DNA of 63,080 nucleotides, filler included, from Collodictyon triciliatum (GCA_043381765.1; 25 parts of 25 records of this genome joined end to end with filler, not necessarily neighbours in it); one strand, 5' to 3'. Positions 36,587 to 52,835 are shown, numbered from the whole stretch's first letter. The notes: a model not told the origin generated them from the sequence alone. Translations and numbers: made by a program.

Positions 36587-36900
36587 ATCTTCACAGAGAA
36601 CACTATACCATAAACACCCGACAAAAAAAACAATAAAAAACACCCTACACACCCCTTTTCCACCGAACACCATGCGCACTGCACATATCCACACATCCAT
36701 TTTTGGAAATAAGTGGCACAAGCGGTTCGTTATGTTACGCGCATACAGAACACAGGACACACACGAAGACCCACACACAAACAGACACACAGACAGCCGA
36801 CCAACCAAACAGCCGAGCCGCCAAAGGGAACAGCAGACCCCAGCGCCGCCCGCATTCTCTATTCGTCGCACCAGCGCCGGGCAACGTACGACCAGCAGCC

Positions 36901-37729
36901 ATGGACCGCCCCGCGCCCCTGGACAGCGACCTGGACCTCCACGGCGGGCCGCCAACCACGACGATCACGCCGACACTGCTGCACCGGCACGCACTGCCCA
37001 CCCTGCCAGCGGCCTTCCCCGCGGCCACCCCCACCGCGGCGCCTGCGCCTGCGCCTGCGCCTGCCCCCACCGCAATTGCGTACCCGGGCGCCCCTCTGCA
37101 GACGCCGCAGGCCATGGCGCACGCGCCGTTCATGTACTACATCGTTGCGCTGCCACAGCCGCTGCCGCTGCCCATCCACGCGGGCGTGCAGATCATCGGG
37201 CTGGACTCGGCGCAGTTCCCGCTCGACGCCGCAGCCGCCGCAGCCGCCGCCACAGCCGATGCGCCGCACAGGGCCGACCACACCACCCCGCAGACCCCAA
37301 CCCCGACCCCGACCCCGACCCCGACCCCCGCCCTGCCGAGAGTCCCCACTCCGCGCCACCGCGGCCCCGGCGACGGCACACCCGCCTCCCTCCCTCATCA
37401 GCAACTTCATCAACAACTTCATCAACAACTTCATCAACAACCTTACCAGCAACCTTATCAGCAACCTTATCAGCAGCTTTATCAGGAACCTTATCAGCAA
37501 ATTCACCAGCAGAAATTGCAAGAGTTTTGCACTGCCAACCAGACTTCTGCCCCTTTGTTCTTTGCTCAGCCGATGCAGCCTAATGTGCAGAATGCTGTCC
37601 GGCCGCACCAGAGGCTGATACAGTCACAGGCGGCCATGCAGGGCTCGTACACACCTCCGCAGATGCATCCCTATCATGGAGTGGACCATTATCTGCAGGA
37701 GGATTTTGGTGCTCAATACTTCAATCAGG
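36901..37729 (+). CDS. First exon of an unknown Pro/Ala/Gln-rich protein
   Basis: ATG at 36901 opens a GC-rich frame with (AP)n, (TP)n and QQLH/QQPY repeats; ends at a probable donor before a poly-T tract. Confidence 0.55.
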
Positions 37730-37757
37730 GTCTGTGCTTGTGCTTGTGCTTGTGTCT

Positions 37758-37818
<61 letters not shown>

Positions 37819-38305
37819 NNNNNNNNNNNNNNNNNNNNNNNNNNNNNNNNNNNNNNNNNNNNTTAATTAATTAANNNNNNNNNNNNNNNNNNNNNNNNNN
37901 NNNNNNNNNNNNNNNNNNAAGAACAAGAACAAGAACAAGAACAAGAACAAGAACAAGAACAAGAACAAGAACAAGAACAAGAACAAGAACAAGAACAAGA
38001 ACAAGAACAAGAACAAGAAAAAGTAAAAGAAAGAAAAAATAAAACCTTGCGAATTGGAGACTGTTTTCTCAAACAGATTTGAGCCAACTACCTGTTAATA
38101 AAGTTGAATCAATTAGTCGTGCCTGACACAAGCCAAGTGAACATACGACAAAGATTAGGATTGTTACAAGCACAAAATTAAATTGGCTTGAATGAATTTT
38201 TGGATTTTTTTTCATACATGTGCATGTATCTTATTATATCTAGGATACTTCTCTGTTTGAATGAAACACACACGTCGTTTTTATCTTCTAATGAATAATA
38301 TTATA

Positions 38306-40097
38306 CATCTCCTATCATGCTTCGAATTTGCGGGTCTTGGCGAACTCTCCTTTGCTGCTTCCGGATGGGAATATCTGTGGATTCGCTGAGCTCAGTTAGA
38401 TCGGAAAACCCACCGAACGAGGTGGAGCTTGAAGCATCAGAGTTGATGACCAATGACGGTTGTTGTTTTTGCACATTTCTGGAAAGAAAACCGAAAAAAG
38501 AAAACCGAAAAAAGAAAACCGAAAAAAGAAAACCGAAAAAAGAAAACCGAAAAAAGAAGAAAAAAAGAAAAAAAACTGTCAAAGTATACACCTAGAACTG
38601 CAATTCGTGAATCTCAGCTATTTTTTTAGAATACTATCCATCAACGTGCCTTGCATATTATATTTCTCCTTTAGAAAATAAAAATATATGTTGAAAGATA
38701 AAAAACCTTCTTGCATGGATAGAAGCACTGGATGAGCAGTCATCTGTTTGAATTTCCAGTGATCTTTTGGGCATTTCGTGCTGTACCGCTGCCTGAACTC
38801 GTTTTCCTGCGTCATTCTCGTCGGTTTGTATAGACATCGATCTGGAATCAGGTTTCTCTTTGGGTGGTTCCGTCTTTGTGACAGGGTCAGCGGGAGATTT
38901 TGCTGGCTGCTGAACAGTAACTTGCAGTCTTGAAAACAGTGAATCCAAAAATGCCTGACCAGGATTTATTGACGGCGAAAATGTAGCATTTTGTGAGGCT
39001 ATATTCGACTCTACTGGTATGCCATTTTGAAGATTTTGGATTACTGGATGGGATAGTACAGCAGGAATATTAGTGGGCTGGTTCACCGATGTTTGCTCGC
39101 GTGTAAAAGAAGATATCGAGGAAGGTGTCGGTGTCATGTTTTGTTCAGCGGAGGCCGATATACTTTTTACAGGATAATCTTGACGTGTAATGGGACTATG
39201 CATGACTGAGGGCTTCGTTTGGTTAAAAGAAGGGTGCATATAATGATCTGAGTGATGCGACAGTGTTTGTCCTTCTCGAAGGAATCTAAGCGAATTCAAG
39301 TACAGACATATAAGTACGCGTATATAAAGTACTTGAAAAATTGAACTATAAGATGGTCTTCATTTTTTCTATACCAGTTCGATGATATTTTTTTTTTTAA
39401 AAAAAGAAGATAATCATATTAATAATTCGATGGAGCTATGATAATACCTTGACTTTGTTCTCTGAATAGCTTCCTCAACCTCCATCCACTCCTCTATAAG
39501 AGTTTATAATAATTGGTCGATACAAATAATCCATACACTAGAAATCATTAGAGGAATAAAAAATACAATAAAAATCATGCCAACGAAAGACAGTTATGTA
39601 ATAAGGGTTCTTCATTTTAGTAAAATGGGGATTTGAGTTCATTTCATGGGGTAAGTTCACTAGAATACAACTCATTGACTCACTTTCAGCCAGAGATTCA
39701 TATCCAGGCTTTTGCTCCGGGGCAGTTGTCCTTTGATTACTTATTTTTTTTATTAGATTAAAACCCCATCAATATAAACTTCAATACAAAAAACAATATA
39801 AAAACCAATATAAAAACCAATATAAAAACCAATATAAAAACCAATATAAAAACCAATATAAAAACCAATATAAAAACCAATAAGAAACAAAGAGTAGAAA
39901 TAATAAAGTAAACCTTTGTGTATTCTTCTGCAGAACAATCGGCGACTCCACGGATTCCCTGGACACGGAGTCTGATTCAACGTCGGCCTCCACAGTTTGC
40001 TGGCCGGTGAGTTGGCGCCCAGCCTGGAATTCAGACATAAGCCTCTCGATGCGCCGATCGAGACTTTCGCTGTCTCTGCTTTGCTGGCTCATCACCC
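38306..40097 (-). CDS. Unknown spliced, largely disordered protein
   Basis: Several GT-AG exons including about 38708-39285; S/P/Q/T-rich with SIQTD and EIQTD motifs. Confidence 0.55.
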
Positions 40098-40442
40098 TAT
40101 GAGCGCAGTGTGAACAAGGAAGGAAAAAAAGTGATTTGATTTACTCTACCACTGTGCTTGTACTCACTGATTTTGAGGAACGAGAAAAGAACGAGAAAAA
40201 GAATAACATACCTGCATATTCATGAAGAAAACCGAGAGAGAAAAGAGAAAAAAAAGAGAAAAAAAAGAGAAAAAAAAGAGAAAAAAAAGAGAAAAAAAAG
40301 AGAAAAAAAAGAGAAAAAAAAGAGAAAAAAAAGAGAAAAAAANNNNNNNNNNNNNNNNNNNNNNNNNNNNNNNNNNNNNNNNNNNNTTAATTAATTAANN
40401 NNNNNNNNNNNNNNNNNNNNNNNNNNNNNNNNNNNNNNNNNN

Positions 40443-40538
<96 letters not shown>

Positions 40539-40826
40539 CATGATACATGGAGACATACATATATAAGTTATAAAAGAAAATAACGAATTCACCATCCTGC
40601 ACAAAATTGAAAGGAGATATAAAAAAATAACGAAAAAGACACATTTATTTTCATTCACCTGTCTCATTTAAAGATTGCTTCCTCGGAAAAAAAACTCATC
40701 ATTATATCAAATCATTTGCTCGGCCATAAAAATGATATTCTTCTGTCAGATACATAATATGTATATAAATATCTGTTTTATTTAAATTCCTTGCGCACAC
40801 CTCTCACTCCAGCCAATTATGAATAG

Positions 40827-41654
40827 GATGTTGATATCCCATTGACGTCTATTTGTCAGTGGGGCTTTCCCAAGCAGCAGTTTTTAAGTCCGCCTCCCAA
40901 GAAGACTCCCGGTAATGTTCTTCTTTCTTACAGTCCAAAATATCCACCGGGGTATAAAAGAATTGTGGATGAAATTCTCGCTGGTATGGATGGCGCATCA
41001 TTTGTTACATGGAATCGCGACGCCTTTGAGCATCAAATGGGTATTAAGGAGCGTGTCAAGTTCACTGGAAGTTTTAAATTCATTCTGGTTTCAGAGATAT
41101 CTATAGAAAATGACTGGTAAAAAGTATTTGCAATTTTATATTATAAAACAATACGGAAAACTATTTCTTTTGTGATCATAGTATAAAATTAAATCAAACG
41201 TAAATTTAACCAGATATAATGAGTTAAAAAATTAGAACATTTACCAGTTATCTTTACCTTTCTGGAATATGTGATAAGCATTCAAACATTATTATCATTA
41301 TACCATATGTCTTTCTATAGGGTAACAGCAGAGTTCTCACTGGCACTCTTATCTGGCACTGTTCCCGTTTACATCGGAGCACCGAATATTCAGGATTACA
41401 CACCGGGACCAAGATCAATAATAGATATCCGAGATTATCCAAATGTTCAAACTCTTGTAGACTATTTGTGGTTCTTGAATGACAACCCAGACGAGTATAG
41501 AAAATACTTTGACTGGAAAAGGAGTGGCCTGTCAAAAACATTTGAGCAGAAACTCAAAGAATGTTTTCACCACGCTGAATGTCGACTATGCCAAATTGTA
41601 CACCAAAGGAGTTCTTGTCGAGATAGAGCCCAATCTTCAGGAGGACCACAATAA
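40827..41654 (+). CDS. GT10 alpha-1,3-fucosyltransferase-like domain, 5'-partial
   Basis: FKFILVSEISIENDW|VTAEFSLALLSGTVPVYIGAPNI, LVDYLWFLNDNPDEYRKYFDWK, CRLC. Confidence 0.85.
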
Positions 41655-42760
41655 AGATATCGTAATCACAGTTACTCATTCAAGTGCAAGTAGAGAAAAT
41701 TCAGATCCACATTAATTATTTAACCCTCCAAACGATTGGAGGTTATACATGGTGAACTTATGTGTGCTAATGAATAGGAAATATTCTGACAAGAAATAAT
41801 ATTCAAAAAGGGCACCAAGTTGCATTTTTGAAGTTTTTTTTTTTTTATCTCTGCTTCATTTATTGTGGTTTTTTTTTTTTGAGAAAAAAAATAGTACTGA
41901 GACTAAGCGAGTGTCGTTTTTTGACCGACACTTTGGTTGGAGTTAAAGTCCCCCTGGGAGCTAAGGAAATCATGGTAGATTCGCTCTGTTTTGTGGAAAG
42001 TAATAAAATTAAAAGGAACGTTTTGTGTGTTTTGTATATCAAATAAAAAAAAACAAAGATATACCGGTGCATGATTGAGATTAGAAAGAATACAATCGTT
42101 CTATTACTGAAGACTAACCATTCAAGTATTAACGTTGAGAAATGCAATTAATTTTATGTAGTAAATTAAGAGGATGGAAATGAATCGCTTTTCCGTCGCA
42201 ATACAAAAGACAAACCATATCTCAGTTTCTCTTGCTTCGAAACAGAAGACTGTGTATTTTCTACTGCATGGACAATCTGTTTCATTTGTAGCTTCGGACC
42301 TTCGCGAGTCTTGTTGCTCAACTCCTCGGCCTCATTCAACCTTGTGGGTAATATGTTGTGTTTAGTATATCATACTAAAAGCTTATAAACAGCTCCTTCT
42401 CTTCATTTTTACATTTATTTGATGTTTATCCGATAAATCTGGAAAAAAAAAGAGGAAAAATTGTGAATATCCTATATTTAAGAATTGGGTGATTTGTTTA
42501 CTTTGACTCCAGTGTTTCAGGTGTAAAAACTTGGTTACGAATGTAACGAATGCGGTCGGATAAATGGGCTTTCTCGGCAGCAGTCAGGCTATCAATTTCA
42601 GCAGAGGGAGATATGATATGGATAGGAATGTCCTTTCGGGTGGTGGGGTTTGCCGAATCTCCCTCTGGTTCTGGTTGAAAAGTAAAGGGCTTATCATGGT
42701 ATATTTTGAAAGTATGGTGTTGACGGTTTTTTAATTTTAATTTTAATTTTAATTTTAATT

Positions 42761-42865
<105 letters not shown>

Positions 42866-42965
42866 NNNNNNNNNNNNNNNNNNNNNNNNNNNNNNNNNNN
42901 NNNNNNNNNTTAATTAATTAANNNNNNNNNNNNNNNNNNNNNNNNNNNNNNNNNNNNNNNNNNNN

Positions 42966-44711
<1,746 letters not shown>

Positions 44712-45683
44712 AGCAGCAACGAAAACTCATTTATTGCCGTAGCCCTCTTTGGGCTGAGCAATCGCCACATACCATCACTTATTCCCACTCATGAACTGTT
44801 TCTGCAAAGTCCAAAATCACTGAATATCCCTTCGTATATAGAGATATATACAAAGCTACCCAAGGGGACATCTAGGAAGGACTCTGAGGAAAAAAAAATA
44901 AAATAAACATGTGATGGTATTGACATCCGTGCGTGATGATTTTACTTTATTTTTCATTTATTTGATTCGAAGTTGATTTTATTATATTATTGTTTAATAC
45001 TTCATCTCAATCTCTATGCGAGGCGATACATATAAAAAGTTCTTTTTATTTTCTTCCGGAGTGGTTCAAAGCCTCTCTCCTCCAAATAATTTCTGTTTCA
45101 ATCAAAAGACGCAAATCAATTCTCTCTCTCTCTCTCGCAATTTATCAGTAAAATTTCACTTCCTTCTCGAAAGTCCAAAAGCATTACCTTCAGCCTGGAA
45201 TATGTGAGTCGGTATTATTCTGTCATAGACATGATTCTTTTACATTACCATGGCCATTTATTTATTCATTTTTGTAAGAAACATAACGTCGCATTAAGAG
45301 AAAAAAGAAAAAGAAAAAGAAAAAGAAAAAGAAAAAGAAAAAGAAAAAGAAAAAGAAAAAGAAAAAGAAAAAGAAAAAGAAAAAGAAANNNNNNNNNNNN
45401 NNNNNNNNNNNNNNNNNNNNNNNNNNNNNNNNTTAATTAATTAANNNNNNNNNNNNNNNNNNNNNNNNNNNNNNNNNNNNNNNNNNNNAGAGCACCAACT
45501 GTTAATAAAAAAATCAATAAGTTCATATACATACATACATACATACATACATACATACATACATACATACATACATACATACATACATACATACATACAT
45601 ACATACATACATACATACATACATACATACATACATACATACAAGGAAATAAAAATGAATTACATTCCTATTGATGGAACTTA

Positions 45684-47674
45684 CTGCATAGTAACTCTCA
45701 TAGTAAAGATTCAGAGAAATCATCAAGGATAGTACAGTCGCGTTCACTATTGATAAAATAACAACAATAACAAACAAATAAAGGATGATATTTGTAGATA
45801 TTAGAAGTGATTATTTATCCTTTTATCACATCTCCAACAGAGACATTCTTATTGCATTTTCTATTTTACATTAAAAACGAACCGAAACATAGGACGATAG
45901 ATTGGTTTGAAAGTGTGGGTGTTGTTATACACCATCCCTACAATATAGCAATTAGAAAATTAAAATTATATACCCCTATGTGTCTGTAAAGGTCAGTAAA
46001 ATTTATTCGTTTTCCTACAGACATGACTGGAGAGAAGAGAACAAAGCTCACATATGTCACGAGCAATATGCTAAAAACTGTAACAAAATCATAGAGTCCA
46101 GTCCCCACAATAATACGAGCGTTTGACAGGTTTGTTGATTCTACACCTAAAGAGAAATAAATGTTTTTATCATAGAGAAAATCATGATAAAAATATTGGA
46201 TACGTGAGCTTCTCTTTTGCTTACGTTTTTATAGCTATTGGAAGAAAATAATGGAATAGAACCTTTTTCCGATAAGTGTGTCCAAAAAAAGTGTTTAACT
46301 GCTAGGTCTGATATTTTTACGATTGGAATGATGGAAATTAAGCTGTGCAGGTAAATATGTGGTTCCTGTTTTATTTTTAGTCGTAAAAAAAAACCCACCC
46401 GAGTGAGAATCTTTATCACAATTAAAAAATTAAATAAAAATATAAAACAAATAATATCATATTTTCATTTTTTAAACAACACAAAACCAAATCCTAAAGT
46501 TGTGTGTATGATACAGAAAAAAAAAGGTTTTTATTTGAGTATATTGAGAACTGTTGATAGTGAAAATCAAAAAGTATATAAGTAAAGTATGAAATACACC
46601 TTTCTATATTGAAACCAATTAGTCAACCAAAGCATGTATAGCATGCAGCTAACTAATATCAAGCTGAGGTATGCAGAAGGAAGTGGTATTAGGTTGTATC
46701 CTAAATGCTCATTCCCAGGATTTACGAGGGTGTATTGCATCTAATATTATTTATTACAAAAATCATTGGAAGAATGTCTTTTAAAAGGTTCTAAACATGA
46801 CAAACTGTTATAGTATAAAGGCAGCTTGTCTTTTACATAAGTATTATTTGAATCATGTGTGGTTCTTGATATATAAATTAAATATTAACCTGAATTTCAA
46901 AGGTAGCTTTGGGGCAGTTCTCAAGAATAAGAAAATATACATTTTTGTTTATTATAGTATGGTCCATGATGATACTTTCATTCCCGTAGAAATTTTTTTG
47001 GATTGAACAGTCAAGGAAGTGTCTATTGTCGCAGATGTTATCGACAGATTGAAAGTTTTGGTTGAGCTGCGGGAAAAAGTAAGAATAAAATAAAATAAAA
47101 AATAAAAAAAAGTAGATTTATTATTAAATTTGGATTGATCTCTGTAATTTGAGATTCGTATGCCACTCTATGATTTACATGATAAATGAATATTAATATT
47201 TAATTGATGTTTTAGAGATTGACTAAAATTGATGGACAATCTACCTTATTTATTTCATCTAGTGAACACATGAGAAAGTAAGCATCCACATCACTTCTCT
47301 GTCAAATATTTTTATTTCAAAAATAAATAAATTAAACATTCATGTCGATTTCATTTCATATGTAGGTGCTTTGGGCAATAAAATGTCAAGGGATATTCAT
47401 TAAGGCGGATTAAAAAAAAAGTAAAGAAAAAGAAAAAGAAAAAAGATGGGTCTGGAGTAAGAAACCAAAGAAAAAAAATCTAATACTGCAGTACCTCAGT
47501 GCGGAAGTCAAAGTGAGCTCTGCCACCCTCTAGAAAGGAAAACGTGTCGAATGCAAAGATCTTTTCATATGATGAGCCGTCCACGTGGAGAGTTCTGTCG
47601 AATCTCAACGCAGTGGCTTGATCAAGCCAGGCTATGTGAAGGAACAGGGCGAAAAGAAATCTCCTTATAAACAT
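45684..47674 (-). CDS. GOST/lung-7TM family membrane protein (GPR107/TMEM87-like), 3'-partial
   Basis: Signal peptide, FDTFSFLEGG, ILENC, YTLVNPGNEHLGYNLIPLPSAY followed by TM helices. Confidence 0.7.
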
Positions 47675-48089
47675 TTGCCTGCCGTGCGTCGTCAAACAGT
47701 TGATATCTCGTGGCTTTGCATTTCTTATAGGCATTCCAGTCGATCAGGACTGCTTTCAGGAGCTGGAAGAACTCAATAGGAGCTGCAGGAGAGAGAGTCG
47801 ACTGAAAAACAAAACAAGAATAAACAAGAATAAACAAGAATAAACAAGAATAAACAAGAATAAACAAGAATAAACAAGAATAAACAAGAATAAACAAGAA
47901 TAAACAAGAANNNNNNNNNNNNNNNNNNNNNNNNNNNNNNNNNNNNNNNNNNNNTTAATTAATTAANNNNNNNNNNNNNNNNNNNNNNNNNNNNNNNNNN
48001 NNNNNNNNNNAGTTGAATAGTTTACCACACAAAACAAATGAAATATGTTCTACTATTATTGAATGTATTGTATAGACTGAATAGATTAC

Positions 48090-50113
48090 TTCACCAAAAC
48101 CGCCTGATCCGAGCAATTTTCCATAAATCAATTCATCATGACCAATGACACCGTACAATTTTTTTCTGTTTCTTTGATTTTTTTCATTACATTCCTTCGT
48201 TAAATATAAAAAAATGTGGCCATTATCAATATAATGCCCCCAGTAGATCCACCAATGACAGGAAAGTAAGAAAATTCACTTTTTTTCTTATCTATTTTGG
48301 AACATTAGTCGAAATGAATAATCTTTCTGTCCCAATTAAATGCTCAAATAATTTATACAATACTTGGATACCAATGAATTATCGTACCTTCTAGACACAT
48401 TTCCTTTTTTCATTAATTTTAATTAATATGTGAATCTTATTCTCCTTGAAAATATTTTACACAAGTATTTGAATAAGTTTACCTTTTTCATTATATAGCC
48501 CTTTCTACATGTGCATTCTTGTAATATGGCATCAAGATACCCATTTTCTGGACATTCTGATATTTTTATATGCAAAAATATGTCATTCGTTATGTTTACG
48601 ATTCAAGTATGTAAATGAAGACAAAAAAATTTGCGCTATTACACATATACAAAAAGTTTTACACCCTTTAATTTAAAGCTTACTTGCATGAACGGCGGTA
48701 AACCCATCACAATTGAAGCATGGCTGGTCGATTGTATTATTTTCATATTTAAGGCTCATAAATTCAATTTTAAATCCAGATTTTGATTGGTAGATTGTGG
48801 ATCCATTTATTGAATTTTCCGAAAAAAAATCGACAGTTTCTAAAGTTTGACTTGATCCAAAGAGAGGAGATACTTGAATCCTGCATCATAAATTGTGGCA
48901 TTAACTATTGTTGCTTTATATTGCATCAATTTAATACATATAAACAATTAGTTTACCATTATTCCTATAGAAAGAAAATCATTTGAATTTCACTTGTCTT
49001 TAGATCGTATGTTCATCCTTAAAACTAGGTGAGTGGCATTTTGTAAAACCCAAGAGCAGTTTGAGTTTTCAAAATAAAAAGCTTCTTTACTTCCATCATC
49101 CAGAAATGATGTTGCAAATGAACTGCTCACAAATTGTGCATCAGGAGAGCAGAAACCTTATGAAAGTTTCGGTAATTTTCAAGTTCTTCCTTCAGGCGGT
49201 GCCACATAGTTAACACATTAATTGATTTTTATTTGTACCTGGTCTGTAACCAACTATTTGATTAGTTGTCGAATATCCATTTGTGCCCCCAAAATTCACA
49301 AAAATACCATTCATGAATGCACCTTCCTGGCCTATAATTGATTCGTATCCCTTGACTTCATTCTGTTTGTGAAGTTTCCCTTGTTTTGCAAATTCTATAG
49401 GAAACAGATTTGGTCGATAACTTGATGTTCAAAATCTTTGGATCGAATAGAAGAAAAAACTATAATTTTGAATAAAAAAGTATTTAAGGATAAAGTTTAA
49501 ATACTTTTTATGTTAGGGTTCTTAATTTTCCATATTACCTTGTTGGAGTATCCAGTAAATGTGATTTCTCTCAGACTTTGTGGTTCCACTGAGTATAATA
49601 AAATTCCCTTGCTGCCCGCATACATGATTTGACAACTTTGGAGCTGAAATTGTAGAAGAGAACTGTAATTCTTTCCAAGTTTCATTTCCTTATATTTTAA
49701 AAAAATCAATTATATCAGGCTATAGAATGTTCCTATCAAAACTAACGTAGATTTATGGCTGAGATTCATGTATAGGTGATCAAGTTTTGTAAACACTATC
49801 TTGAATATGATTCATACTTGTGTCATAAAACCAATTATCGTTCATTTCATCCCCGTTTATGTTCAATCCTCCAAAGATTACGAATCCTTTATCTCCCTTC
49901 AAGCACATGCTATGATAGACTCTTCGATCCTAATTTAAAACAAATGATTGTTACTCGTTTTCGATTAAATTGATTTAATATTGTGAATGAAATTCCACAC
50001 ATACTGGTATTATAAATATCAATGATACGAACTAACAGGAAATATTCCGTCGATTTTGTGTGAAGACATTGTTTTCTGCAAATGTTCGATCTCAATGACA
50101 GCATTATTTATTA
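48090..50113 (-). pseudogene. Receptor-like kinase (Kelch - CUB - EGF-like - TM - TKL/Tyr kinase start), disrupted
   Basis: RVYHSMC..FVIFGGLN..MNDNWFYD (Kelch); DDGS..YFENSNCSWVL and GFTAVH (CUB); CPENG..ECTCRKGY; TM; LIYGKLLGSGGFGE. In-frame TAA at 48200-48202 and apparent frameshifts near 49400-49600. Confidence 0.7.
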
Positions 50114-50475
50114 TTTTTGGGGCGCCAGAAAAGGTATGGACCGTCTGCGCCAAGGCATATGGTAATGTCTGGGGGCCATTTGAGGGTAAGGGGCGACAGG
50201 GAGGGTGTAAGAGAAGCCGTTTAAGGCCAAGATGAGCCCGATATGGTAAGAGATGGGTAGCAAGGTACGGTACGGGGGCAAGGCCGGTAAGTCCCGGTGA
50301 TTCTATTTTTTTATTTTTTGAGGAGAGGAAGAGACGGGGAAAAGAGGTGTTGTGTGCATGGGTGGCTGAGGTGTTATTATAGGGAATAGCCAGTAAATGG
50401 GTGTGGTGTTACTTTTTATTGAAAACAGAGGGTCTGTGAAGATTGGCATGGGTTTGATTGTCCAGACGGGGTTTG
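50114..50475 (-). mobile_element. Possible retroelement 3' end abutting a kinase exon
   Basis: Abrupt compositional switch to a C-rich minus strand ending in AAAAATAATAAAT directly before coding sequence, with no splice acceptor. Confidence 0.35.
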
Positions 50476-50854
50476 NNNNNNNNNNNNNNNNNNNNNNNNN
50501 NNNNNNNNNNNNNNNNNNNTTAATTAATTAANNNNNNNNNNNNNNNNNNNNNNNNNNNNNNNNNNNNNNNNNNNNTTTTTGTTTGTTTTTTGTTTGTTTT
50601 TTGTTTGTTTTTTGTTTGTTTTTTGTTTGTTTTTTGTTTGTTTTTTGTTTGTTTTTTGTTTTTTGCAACTCTTGATTAATAGCTCCGAGGAGCAAATTTT
50701 TTTCATGGTTGCATATGTCATGTGTTGTATGTCTGAACATACTTTACTATATATTTAATCCCCGACCGAAGAACGCTGCATCTTGGTATAATTTCATCTC
50801 TCATCAAATATCTATCAAATCAGAATGCATCTTTGTTTTTCGTGGGCGTTGCAG

Positions 50855-52835
50855 AGCGATATAAGCCACGCCGTCGCTACCGCCAAGATGAATCGGAACT
50901 CTCAGAGGCAAAAACGCAAGAACAGCGCGCCCAAGCAACATTGCTTGAATTCGGTCGCCAGTCAAAGGCTGGATCAGAATCAACTGCAGCAGACGAAAAG
51001 AAGCGCAAGAGCGTCGGTAATGTGTAGAACATATTTCTTGTACAATGAAAGGGGATTATCCTTAAAGAACTTTTACCTCAATTATTCGATCAAAGGATCA
51101 AGATCGGCTACTTTTTATATTTTTTGTATATAAAAATATGGCTGTCTTTCTAATCCGTCCTTGTATTCAGCCCTTACAAAGTCGACCACTGGCGCTGGAG
51201 AGGAGGAAGATGAGGCTGCCAAGGAAGAAGCTCGAATTCGCGAGATTATGGGGAAGCTGAATGAAGTTCAAGGAGATATTGGGAGGATTTCATCAACAAT
51301 CATTGGTAATATTGTCGGGATGCAATCAGAAGAGATACGGCTGGTAAAAAAAAAAATTATGTATTATTTTGCTCTTGTATCATTTACACCAATGATAAGT
51401 ATATTAATCTCTTGATGTATGGTTGAAAGATTATTTGAAGGACTAATTGTACTTTTGTGTACATAAAATCATATTTATAATCAGGCATCTGCTGAATATG
51501 CCACTCTTAGTAAGGGACTAGGTCTTGGTGAAGCGCAAGCGCAAGTGAGGAAATTGCTTATTACTGATATATATCGTTCATTATTTCTTATTGCTTACTT
51601 CTAACATATTATCGTTTATCATCTAGAAAGCTCAAGCAGAAGAGACTCACCGCCGCATGATTGCGGCAAATGAACGCCAGTTAGCTGCCCAGGAAGCGTA
51701 AGAGTGATGCATCGAAAATCTCACCAGTGGTTTTGTAAAAATTTTTATTTGACTAGCAATATTAATTAAATAATTCTGTGATATAGAAAATTAGAGGAAA
51801 TCCGCACAGCAAATGCCGAACTTCTCTCACAACTTGAGGCCAAAAATATGGAACTTCAAAAAAAATCTGCCTACAATGACAGAATCGGGCGCGAGATTGA
51901 GAGACTGAACGCGCTTGAAAATGAATCCGTAAGCTACAGCTACCACACATCCTTAAATCTGTCTTAAAGCTGTTGGCATGTGGATTAATAACAAACAAAA
52001 AAAAAATACATCTAAAATATACCCACAACTGCAGAATACCCAAGACTTGCAGAATTTGAAGTCTTTGGTTGCCTTAAATGAGGCATTGAAGGCTCAAGAG
52101 GTATATTGAAATCGCATTTTCTTTTCTTTTCCCCATTTTTATTTCATCTCTCTCTTTTTAAAATTCACTGTATCGTCTATCATGTTTGTGTTGAGTAATA
52201 CTTACATAACGCTATATCTGTAATTGTAGGCTGAATTCAAGGCCAATTGCAAACGTCAGCTGGGAGAGCTACAAGGTATGCTCCAAGCATTAGAAGGAGA
52301 AGGGTAAGTATGTGATTGGGACAAGACATCCCCTCTCAATTTATATTTGTAAAGGAATAAGAAAACCTTATGTAAAAAAAAAAAGCTGTGTTCCGTTTAC
52401 AATTTTTATTTCATTTCTTTTTCTCGATGGGATTGTATCTTTATTGGACTCATAAGATGAAGAAAACTATCATCGCCTGTATAGCTGGTTCCAATTTTTA
52501 ATGGTAAATGTACAGACCAACAGAGGAATCTGAGAAAGAAAAGAGTGTGGACGAAACTTTGGAGGCTGAAAATGAACGTTTACAGAAAGCACGCCAGATC
52601 GTGAACGCCAAGAATAGAGTATGCTTTTAGCAATATCTAGAAAGGGAAATATATTCAGCCTTTTCTTTACTTATGTTAAGCGGTTGTTTCATATCCCAAT
52701 TAATAATTGGGTGAAGAAAAGTAAAATATATCCATTGCGTAGGAATTTGTGAATTTGCAGCGAAAAATTGACGAGGTTCCCACTCGCACAGAGCTTATTC
52801 AGTATGAACGACGTTTCATGGAGCTCTATGAACAG
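50855..52835 (+). CDS. CCDC93: CCDC93 (CCC/Commander complex subunit), internal exons
   Basis: [71 protein letters not shown]. Confidence 0.88.

Noticed and set aside
50118-50127. TGGCGCCCAA (minus strand) as a tRNA-Lys primer-binding site of an LTR element
   Set aside because: The match stops after about 10 nt, runs into an A-rich tract, and no LTR end or gag follows.
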